Source: an uncultured virus (IMG/VR IMGVR_UViG_2061766007_004328) (taxonomy: Duplodnaviria; Heunggongvirae; Uroviricota; Caudoviricetes). From it: 64,000 nucleotides of DNA. Shown here piece by piece: positions 56,577-64,000 of this stretch (position 1 is its first letter; every line of letters begins with the position of its first letter). Under the pieces are notes generated by a model. That model did no database searches. It saw only the letters and a program-made list of their open reading frames with translations, and had not been told where the DNA came from. Location of the stretch: IMG/VR virus record IMGVR_UViG_2061766007_004328. One strand, given 5' to 3'. The position numbers were made by a program, and so were the translations under genes.

Positions 56577-57899
56577 ATGAGTGAAGTAACAAAACCCGTA
56601 ATGCTCGACGAGACCGGAAAGGAGATCGTTGAACAGCTTAAACGGCTTGCCGACCAGGGCTCCGCGACCATCGACGGCATCGACCTGTCGTTCCGCGACA
56701 TCCTCGGCGTGAACCTCGTGCTCCGCAACACGGCGAATATGTATGTCTGCCGTGCTGCCGGACTGTACCGCTTCCCGTTGGTCTATGGCAACGGCATCAA
56801 GAACGGCAGCGAGAACGCTCAGGCGTACACCAGCGGTGGCGGCGCCTATCAAGCCAACTTCGTGAACCACCTCGGCAACACGCTCGTCAGTCCGTTCATC
56901 GAACGCAACCCTGGCTGCGCTGCCGCATCCGCCGTCCTGCTCGGCCAGACCGCGCAGGGAATGATTACCGAGGTCAAGCTTATGGCCGGCCCTGACTGCC
57001 GCTATCTCCAGTTCACGCTTGCCTCCGTCCCTGCCACGAACGGCGTGGCCGTCCTGGCCATCAAGGACACCAACGACAAGGTGATTTGGAGCTGGACGAT
57101 CTGGGTGACCACCGACAACCTTGTAGCCGAGAACTACAAGAACAACACGAACGTGGACTACTACCTGCTGAACGAAGCCATCGGCACGATCTGGAACGCA
57201 GACCGCACGCGATGTATGAACCCGTTCTATCAGTGGGGTCGTAAGGATATGCTCGGCATCCCGGCGGCGTACAACAGCAACTCGCTGATGACGATGTACG
57301 ACATCGCCGGCAACACCGTCACGTGGGGCAATTATGGCGTGGCCAACGACGCAGACCAGGGCGGAACCGTCCGCTCCGTTGCTAACTCGATCCAGATGCC
57401 GGACAAGTTCTTCCTGCAGTACGACGAAACGAACTACAACTGGAACAACCTTGCCTGGTTCAACAACTTCTGGAACGCGGCCCTGAACGTCACGGGCGAC
57501 CTGGCCGACAATCAGGCCACGGCCATCAAGACCATCTACGACCCGTGCCCCGTGGGCTATATGCTCCCGGCAGGACGCTTCGCAACGGGATTCACGACCA
57601 CCGGCTCCAATGAGTCCGATTCCTCGAAGTTCAATGTCGTAGGCGAGTTTGCCAACGGCTGGAATTTCAAGAAGAACTCCGCAGACGCCGTAGGCGCATA
57701 TTGGCCCGCGTCCGGCTGCCGGAACAGAACGAGTGGCGGCTTGAACGGTGTCGGGTCGTACGGCTACTTCTGGTCGTTTGCTCCGTACTCGCAGACCATC
57801 GCTCGCAACTTGTACTTCTACAGCGGCAACGTCTACCCGTTGTACAGCAACCTCCGGGCTTACGGCTTCAGCGTGCGTCCCTCCCGAGAATTAAATTAA
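56577..57899 (+). CDS. DGR target protein 1 (probable receptor-binding protein, CLec-like C-terminus)
   Basis: IWSWTIW, YQWGRKD, DPCPVGY, PASG..WS..GFSVRP; 3' VR. Confidence 0.9.
   Translation: MSEVTKPVMLDETGKEIVEQLKRLADQGSATIDGIDLSFRDILGVNLVLRNTANMYVCRAAGLYRFPLVYGNGIKNGSENAQAYTSGGGAYQANFVNHLGNTLVSPFIERNPGCAAASAVLLGQTAQGMITEVKLMAGPDCRYLQFTLASVPATNGVAVLAIKDTNDKVIWSWTIWVTTDNLVAENYKNNTNVDYYLLNEAIGTIWNADRTRCMNPFYQWGRKDMLGIPAAYNSNSLMTMYDIAGNTVTWGNYGVANDADQGGTVRSVANSIQMPDKFFLQYDETNYNWNNLAWFNNFWNAALNVTGDLADNQATAIKTIYDPCPVGYMLPAGRFATGFTTTGSNESDSSKFNVVGEFANGWNFKKNSADAVGAYWPASGCRNRTSGGLNGVGSYGYFWSFAPYSQTIARNLYFYSGNVYPLYSNLRAYGFSVRPSRELN
57707..57888 (+). repeat. DGR variable region VR1
   Basis: 182 bp ungapped against TR 58747-58928; 15 mismatches, all at TR adenines. 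Confidence 0.97.
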
Positions 57900-57938
57900 G
57901 AATTTTTACCGTCCGCGCCCTTTCTTTAGGCGCGGACA
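57889..57938 (+). promoter_or_regulatory. IMH-associated tail and hairpin of VR1
   Basis: Diverges from TR after CTCCCGAG; stem GTCCGCGCC/GGCGCGGAC at 57911-57937. Confidence 0.85.
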
Positions 57939-57965
57939 GGGTTGCACTTTGAAATCCGCCATCCG

Positions 57966-58118
57966 ATGAGCAAGAAGACAGTCATCAAAATCAAGAACTC
58001 CGTTGTCGTCCTCGGCGCCAACCCGGTCGATGAAATCAAGAATTTCGACCTCGCTACCGCGACGCCGATGGATTGCTTCGAGTTTGTCAAGAAACTGAAG
58101 GAGCGCTATGGCAACTGA
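57966..58118 (+). CDS. 50-aa DGR-associated protein with a MutS C-terminus-like motif
   Basis: Hand translation MSKKTVIKIKNSVVVLGANPVDEIKNFDLATATPMDCFEFVKKLKERYGN; overlaps the avd start. Confidence 0.55.
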   Translation: MSKKTVIKIKNSVVVLGANPVDEIKNFDLATATPMDCFEFVKKLKERYGN

Positions 58119-58485
58119 GGGAAGGCTTCCGTTGTACAACAAGGTGCGTCAGATCTTCGACCAGTTCGAGATGTCCACGCGCAAGAATCCCGTCAACATC
58201 AAGAGGGGTATCGTTGCCGTGGTCGAGAATCAGCTGATTGAGGCGCTGGTGCTGCTGAGTTATGCCGAGGAGGTCACCGGCGATGACTGTGCGGAAGACC
58301 GGATGGATCTCATTGACAAGATCGGCAAGATACTGAAGGAAGTGAGAATCCGCATCCGCGTCATGCACGACCTGAAGTTTATGAAGGACACTGGCTTTGA
58401 TGCTCTCGGAAAGTTGCAGAACAATGCCAACGACCAGCTCGCCGGATGGCGGAATAAAACAGAGAAGATAATTGAAAAACGTTAA
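58108..58485 (+). CDS. avd: DGR accessory variability determinant (Avd-like four-helix bundle)
   Basis: 125 aa, helical; LPLY..IRIRVMHDLK..QLAGW; between target and TR. Confidence 0.75.
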   Translation: MATEGRLPLYNKVRQIFDQFEMSTRKNPVNIKRGIVAVVENQLIEALVLLSYAEEVTGDDCAEDRMDLIDKIGKILKEVRIRIRVMHDLKFMKDTGFDALGKLQNNANDQLAGWRNKTEKIIEKR

Positions 58486-58746
58486 ACCATACTTCCCGCT
58501 GCGAGATAGGCAGAAGGCGGTCGAACCTGCGGTAAATCGTATTCGCTCCGCACAGTCCTTCCCAATTCAGTGGCCCACCCTGCTGAAAGGCAGGATATTC
58601 CAGATTGTGCTGGTGCTGTTGGTGGTGGCGTTTGCGGCACAAGAAGTCTATGAGGCCGATGGTTCGGAGCCTTCGACCGCATCGCCCACAGAGTGGCGGC
58701 GTTGCGAAGAAGCAGCGTATTCAACAAAAGGGACACTCATCACGGA

Positions 58747-58928
58747 CGCGTCCGGCTACCGGAACAGAACGAGTGGCGGCTTGAACAATGTCGGGTCGAA
58801 CGGCAACTTCTGGTCGTTTGCTCCGAACTCGCAGACCAACGCTCGCAACTTGAACTTCAACAGCGGCAACGTCAACCCGTTGAACAACAACAACCGGGCT
58901 AACGGCTTCAGCGTGCGTCCCTCCCGAG
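58747..58928 (+). ncRNA. DGR template region (TR)
   Basis: 17 AAY codons in the target reading frame; template for both VR1 and VR2. Confidence 0.95.
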
Positions 58929-58966
58929 CATTGGGGGTAGTGGCGGGAAGTTTTCATTTCGATAGA

Positions 58967-60141
58967 ATGAGGTACACTTACGATGAGATCCACTCGCTCG
59001 TCACGTTCGCTTATCTGAAGGCTCGGGAGAAGGAACGTGCCACCGATTCGCAGGTGGAATTCGAGGTGGACCTGGAGAAGAACATCAGTGACCTCGCCAG
59101 GGAGTTGTACCGCCGGGAGTGGCTCCCCCAGCNNNNNNNNNNNNNNNNNNNNNNNNNNNNNNNACCGTCCGTGAGGTGTTCGCCCCGAAGTTCCGCGACC
59201 GCGTGGTCAGCCACGTGCTGTTTATGATGATATCGCCCATCTTTGAGCGGTACTTCGTATATGACAGCTTCTCGTGCCGTGTCGGAAAGGGAACGCTCGT
59301 CGGCATCGAGCGCCTGGAGCATCATATCCGCAGCGTGACGGACAACTACCGGCGCGAGGCGTTCATCCTGAACTACGACATCAAGGCGTACTTTATGAGC
59401 ATCGTTCGGAGCCGTCTGTACGACATCATCCGCACCACGCTCGCCAAGCACCAGAGACGGTTCCCGGACGCCATCGACTACGATTTTGCGGACTGGCTGA
59501 TACACACCGTCATTATTCTGAAAGATCCGCTCGAGGGCTGCGTGTACCACGGTGACCCGGCCCTCATCAAGCTGATACAGCCCGGAAAGAGTCTTCGCGA
59601 CCAGCCTCCGGGCGTTGGCATCCCTATCGGCGATGTGCAGAATCAGCTCTGCTCGAATATCTATCTGAACGTGTTCGACTGGTTCATCCTGCTGGCCCTC
59701 AAAGTCAGGCACGCCGTACGCTATGTCGATGACGGAAAGATGCTGCACCAAAGCTACGCCTACCTTGAGGATTGCTGGGGACGCTCGGAAGAGTTCCTGA
59801 AGAACGAGCTCGAACTGACGCTCCATCCGCTGAAGACGCAGATCACAAGCACGAACGAAACGACGTTCTTCCTCGGTGCGGCCATCAAGCCGTACCGCAG
59901 ATACGCCACGAACGAGGCCATCACCCGTATGAAGCAGCGCTTCATAGAGATTGACGGGCTGCTCGCAGACGGCACCGGGAACACGGAGCAGCTGATGGCC
60001 CGGATCAACTCGCACCTCGGCTATATGTCCCACTTCGATGAGAAAAAGATGATTGCGAAGGCACTGGCCAACGCACCGCATATCCTGCAATACTTCGACA
60101 TTTCGAAAGACCTGACGAAAGCAACTGTTAAAACAATATGA
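58967..60141 (+). CDS. DGR reverse transcriptase (frame broken by N gap 59133-59163)
   Basis: REVFAPKFRDRVV, DSFSCRVGKG, YDIKAYF, GIPIGDVQNQ, RYVDD, FLG. Confidence 0.92.
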
Positions 60142-60144
60142 CCT

Positions 60145-60852
60145 ATGGAAGAAGCACGCTACAAATTCCTTGAGCGCATGACCCACGAAGCGCTCCCCGG
60201 CGGAGGATTCCGCATCTACTATGACGAGCAGGAAGGCACCGAGTCCGCCAAGCACATCGATGAGCAGACGGGCGAGGAAACGACCGACACCTACACCGTT
60301 TACAGCTACCGGGCCGTTGATGTCTCGGCCCTGGAGCGCACGGAAATCATCGTGGCCCTGATCCGCGACACGTATTCCTCGGACGATGAACTCGCCATCC
60401 AGAGGCAGAAGGACGACAAGCCGGGCGCCTACAACGCCTACAACGCCTATGCGGAGAAGTGCAAGGCCATCGCGAAGAGCATCCTCGAAGGCGAAACCCT
60501 CGACACAGTGAAGGCGCTAAAGGAAGCCGACCTCGGCATCTTCGACGCATCGGATGAGGTCAACTCGTTCTCTGTGGGAGGTAAGTCTATGTGGCTGTCC
60601 CCTGACCGTCGCGGCAACCTGAAGAACGCCTGCGAATCTATGCAGGGTGCCGGCCGCGAGACCGTCCCGTTCGAGGGCGTCATCCTCCCTGTGGACACGG
60701 CCCTGCAGATGCTCTCCGCCATCGAGAATTACGCTGCCGAGTGCTCTATTGTCACGGCCACCCACCGTGCGGCCATCGAAGCCAAGCGCAGCATCAACAC
60801 CGTCCGCAGTTATGACTTCACGACGGGTTATCCCGAGAAACTGGTATTCTGA
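60145..60852 (+). CDS. Tail-associated protein (DUF4376-like C-terminus)
   Basis: YSSDDELAIQRQK; FDASDEVNSF..YDFTTGYPEKL. Confidence 0.6.
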   Translation: MEEARYKFLERMTHEALPGGGFRIYYDEQEGTESAKHIDEQTGEETTDTYTVYSYRAVDVSALERTEIIVALIRDTYSSDDELAIQRQKDDKPGAYNAYNAYAEKCKAIAKSILEGETLDTVKALKEADLGIFDASDEVNSFSVGGKSMWLSPDRRGNLKNACESMQGAGRETVPFEGVILPVDTALQMLSAIENYAAECSIVTATHRAAIEAKRSINTVRSYDFTTGYPEKLVF

Positions 60853-60877
60853 CACACATCGCTAAAACTATACTGAT

Positions 60878-61429
60878 ATGTCAACTTTCGCCCTTGTATT
60901 CGCAATCGTAAGCCTGTTGATCATTGCCGGCTTCGTTGCGCTGTCCATCCGCAAGTTCGGGATGCAGCGTTCCTACTCCGCCTTCGCACCGAAATGGAGC
61001 GAGGCCGTACCCATCAAGAATATGAACCTTTGGAGCATCGTGACCGTGGTCGTGGCGTTCCTGTTCGTGTTCGGATCTATCGAGCGCGGTACTGACAACC
61101 CGTGGCAGTTCCTGGGATTCTTTATGTCGGTGTTCCTGATTATCGTGGCTCTCGACCCTCTGCTGGAGCCGAAGCCCGATGACACGGAAGCCGAGAAGAA
61201 GAGGAAGCACACCCTGCTTATCGTACACACCGTTGCGGCTCTGCTCTGTGCAGCAGCCGTCATCCTGTGGACGATCCTTGTCTGCCATAGGTGGTGGCTG
61301 TACCCCGTTGCGTTCGCGCTGATGGCCTTTCAGGGATTCGCCTCGAAGACCTTGAAATCGTCGTTTGTTTTCTGGGCCGAGATGGCTCTGTTTGTTTCCG
61401 GCTATGCCGGTATTCTGATAGGAGGCTGA
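60878..61429 (+). CDS. Multi-pass membrane protein
   Basis: Five to six hydrophobic segments. Confidence 0.65.
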   Translation: MSTFALVFAIVSLLIIAGFVALSIRKFGMQRSYSAFAPKWSEAVPIKNMNLWSIVTVVVAFLFVFGSIERGTDNPWQFLGFFMSVFLIIVALDPLLEPKPDDTEAEKKRKHTLLIVHTVAALLCAAAVILWTILVCHRWWLYPVAFALMAFQGFASKTLKSSFVFWAEMALFVSGYAGILIGG

Positions 61430-61433
61430 GACG

Positions 61434-62051
61434 ATGGAAGAGATGGAGATTATAACCGAGGCCACGAGCAAGCTCCCGTTGTGGGCGAATGTCGTCATCG
61501 GTATCACGGTATCATTCGGCGGTCTGGAGTTCATCAAATATCTCGTGGGTCTGTTCGTGAACTGGCGTGCCAACAAGCGGAAGAACTCCGCTGAGGCGAA
61601 GGAATCCGAGGCCGTGGCCCATCAGCAGGTGGCCACCGCCGGCCAGCAGGATGCCGACTGGCGACAGAAGGAGCTCGAGCTGATGACTTCGTTCGTCGAT
61701 ACGGCAAAGAAGCAGTATGCGGATCTGACGCAGAGATATGAGGAACTGAAGGAGGAGAAAGAGGAAGACCATAAGATCAAGCAGGAGCTCCGAAAGGAGA
61801 TTCGTGCGCTCAACTTGTGGAAGCTGGAGCAGGAGCGGAAGACAGAAGGGCTGCAGAGGGCCTTCACAGAAAGCGAGTCGCGCAGGATAGCCGCCGAACG
61901 GCTCTACTGCTCCCGTGAGGAATGCAAGAAGCGTAAGCCGCCCATCGGCACGTATTCGTCCGACGGCCCGCAGCCGCAGCCGACTGTCGTCATCGAGCGC
62001 AAGCGTGACGCTGGCGGGCGGTTCGTCAAGCTGGCCGTTTCCCCGGCATAA
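61434..62051 (+). CDS. Single-TM coiled-coil protein (possibly holin-like)
   Basis: N-terminal TM with GGLEFIKYL, coiled coil, C..C.KRKPP. Confidence 0.5.
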   Translation: MEEMEIITEATSKLPLWANVVIGITVSFGGLEFIKYLVGLFVNWRANKRKNSAEAKESEAVAHQQVATAGQQDADWRQKELELMTSFVDTAKKQYADLTQRYEELKEEKEEDHKIKQELRKEIRALNLWKLEQERKTEGLQRAFTESESRRIAAERLYCSREECKKRKPPIGTYSSDGPQPQPTVVIERKRDAGGRFVKLAVSPA

Positions 62052-62085
62052 CGGAATACAGTAACAACGTTCAAAACCTGAATCT

Positions 62086-64000
62086 ATGGTCATTTATAGC
62101 GCAAGCGGAGTACCTGTCATCGCGATCGACGTCGATGACAGCTCCTATCGTTACCGCGAGATAATGGGCGACTGCAAGGTGTACCTGGAGTTCGCCCTTA
62201 CGATGCACGTGGAAATTTTGCCGGGCAGCTTTATCCGGCATCAAGGCGAGGTCTATACGCTGATGACGTATCAGGACGTGACCATCCGGCACAACCGTGA
62301 TTACGAATACAAGGCCACGTTCGAAGGGCCGACCGCCAGGTTCCGCAAGTACCGTGTCCACAATCTCGTGGACGGCCGTCTGAAGTTCGACTACATCGCC
62401 AAGCCGATCGACCATCTGCGGCTGGTCGTTGGCAACCTCTGCGAACGCGAGGGTGCCGGTGCCTGGGAGGTCGGCGACTGTGTGGACGGCAAGGAGGTCC
62501 TCGTGTCGTACAACCACACCCGTCTGGACGAGGCGATGAACACCATCGCGGAGGCCTGCGGCACGGAGTGGGAAGGAGCCGGCGGGCTGCTCTCGCTGAA
62601 GAAGGTGGAGTACAACGCGGACGAGCCGCTTGCGCTGGCCTACGGCAAGAACCTCGGCTTCAAGCCCGGTGTTGGCCGTCTGAACTACGGGGAGTTTGGG
62701 CAGATCGAGAAGGTGTACATACAGGGCAGCGAGAGGAATATCGTGTTGAAGGACTATGGCAGCGCAACGCTGCTGCTCCCGAAGGGCCTGACATTCTTCT
62801 TCGACGGCGCCAAGCTGAAGTACACGATTGACGGCACGACCTACACGGAGTCCGGCTTCGATGCAGACAAGGCCGTGAAGATGGTCACGGACGCCAACGG
62901 CTTCTCCGTCCGTCTGTACGATGCGCCGGTGGACTGCAACGAGGACTCGCTGGATATGACCGAGATTTACCCGAAGCGTGTCGGAACGGTGACCGACGTC
63001 CGCTACGAATATGAGGGCGGGTACTACACGTACGCCGAACTGATAGCCGCATATCCGAACCTCACGGACGAGGAGTGGGCGAAGGTGCAGGTCGATGTCT
63101 TCGACAACACCATCCCTGCCGCCCTGGACTTCGCGGAATGCCTTATCGCCAACGACGAACCGCTGACGGTTATATTTCAATCCGGGATGCTGGCGGGCAA
63201 GGAGTTCAATGCCACGTTCTACAAGGAGCCGAAGACAAAGACGGTGTTCGACGGAAGTGGCAACCCGTCCACGGTGCAGGTCAAGGCCGGCAACCGCTTC
63301 GAGCTGGTGAAGGCCAGCATCGACGGCTACGAGATGCCGGGCGGAGCTTTCCGTCCGAACGCAAGTTCCGGCCAAGACGAATACATCGTTGTGAACGTCT
63401 CGATGCCCGAGGCGTATATCTGCAACTATCCGTCCTTCGAGGGTGCCGAGATTGACGCCCTGCGTGCCTCTGCCAAGCATCTGTACGAGAACAAGGACGC
63501 GCAGTTCACTTTCAAGGGCGAGGTGGACGGCCTGTTCGCAAAGCGCAACTGGACGGAGGTCGGCCCGAAGCTGATCCTCGGCGGCTGCGTTTCGTTCTCG
63601 CACCCGTCCGTACAGCCGGACGCACTGGTCACGCGGATCAAGGCCATCAAGGACTATATCAACAACCCGTACTCGCCGGAGGTGACGCTGAGCAACGAGA
63701 CCGTCAAGGGCGGTCTCTCGTCGCGTCTGTCGGAGATGGAGGGTGCAACGGAGCACGTCAACCGCAGGGTGGACGATTCCGTCAGGTACACCCGCCGCAG
63801 CTGGAGGGACGCGAAGGAGTCGCAGGAGATGCTGGTGCGTATGGCGCTGGAGGAGTTCACGGGCACGATAAGCCCGATTGCCGTCAACACGATGCAGATG
63901 CTTGTCGGCAGCGAGAACCTGCAGTACAGCTTCATCACGTCGCTGACGAATATGACGCCCGTGGCGCACAACCTGTCGTTCGATACCTATGGGCGCATCG
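62086..64000 (+). CDS. Large tail/baseplate protein (partial, runs off window)
   Basis: Starts MVIYSASGVPVIAIDVDDSSYRYREIMG; appears open to the window edge, so it is missing from the ORF track. Confidence 0.75.
   Translation, partial: MVIYSASGVPVIAIDVDDSSYRYREIMGDCKVYLEFALTMHVEILPGSFIRHQGEVYTLMTYQDVTIRHNRDYEYKATFEGPTARFRKYRVHNLVDGRLKFDYIAKPIDHLRLVVGNLCEREGAGAWEVGDCVDGKEVLVSYNHTRLDEAMNTIAEACGTEWEGAGGLLSLKKVEYNADEPLALAYGKNLGFKPGVGRLNYGEFGQIEKVYIQGSERNIVLKDYGSATLLLPKGLTFFFDGAKLKYTIDGTTYTESGFDADKAVKMVTDANGFSVRLYDAPVDCNEDSLDMTEIYPKRVGTVTDVRYEYEGGYYTYAELIAAYPNLTDEEWAKVQVDVFDNTIPAALDFAECLIANDEPLTVIFQSGMLAGKEFNATFYKEPKTKTVFDGSGNPSTVQVKAGNRFELVKASIDGYEMPGGAFRPNASSGQDEYIVVNVSMPEAYICNYPSFEGAEIDALRASAKHLYENKDAQFTFKGEVDGLFAKRNWTEVGPKLILGGCVSFSHPSVQPDALVTRIKAIKDYINNPYSPEVTLSNETVKGGLSSRLSEMEGATEHVNRRVDDSVRYTRRSWRDAKESQEMLVRMALEEFTGTISPIAVNTMQMLVGSENLQYSFITSLTNMTPVAHNLSFDTYGRI

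Larger units (their letters stand above)
1740..64000. mobile_element. Prophage (siphovirus-like, Bacteroidales host), right end outside window
   Basis: Integrase, repressor/cro pair, replication genes, terminase, portal, capsid, tape measure and tail genes. Confidence 0.95.

Noticed and set aside
59133..59163. RT as a frameshifted pseudogene
   Set aside because: The frame change coincides with an N gap of uncertain length
1..64000. CRISPR array, rRNA or IS transposase
   Set aside because: No regularly spaced repeat-spacer units, rRNA-like tract or transposase motifs seen

Overview
Bacteroidales-type DNA. Positions 1-~1.7 kb are host sequence (a lipoprotein gene). A temperate siphovirus-like prophage starts at a probable tRNA-derived att core at ~1740 and runs off the right edge. 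Its modules, in order: integrase/immunity (1.9-5.5 kb); recombination/replication (6-17 kb); early accessory genes (17-29 kb); methyltransferase-like/ParB/terminase/portal/MuF (29-37 kb); an inserted anti-defence-like block with ArdC, RadC and SSB (37.4-44.7 kb); head/tail genes (45-56 kb); a diversity-generating retroelement (DGR; target-avd-TR-RT, 56.6-60.1 kb); and a truncated tail gene. Two signals stand out. (1) The DGR template matches two variable regions with adenine-only mismatches. One is in the adjacent tail gene. The other is 40 kb away in a small early-operon gene that carries the same IMH and hairpin. (2) About 19 phage genes share an AAGTAAGT..ATG start motif, and one perfect antisense copy lies between two hairpins just after the promoter upstream of the head genes, which suggests a multi-target antisense sRNA. 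Also present: two promoter/operator families, a type I toxin-antitoxin-like locus, a MuF-zeta fusion, tRNA-fMet and two tRNA-like genes with aberrant anticodon loops. Seven N gaps break some ORFs. Protein family calls come from recognised motifs, not database searches.
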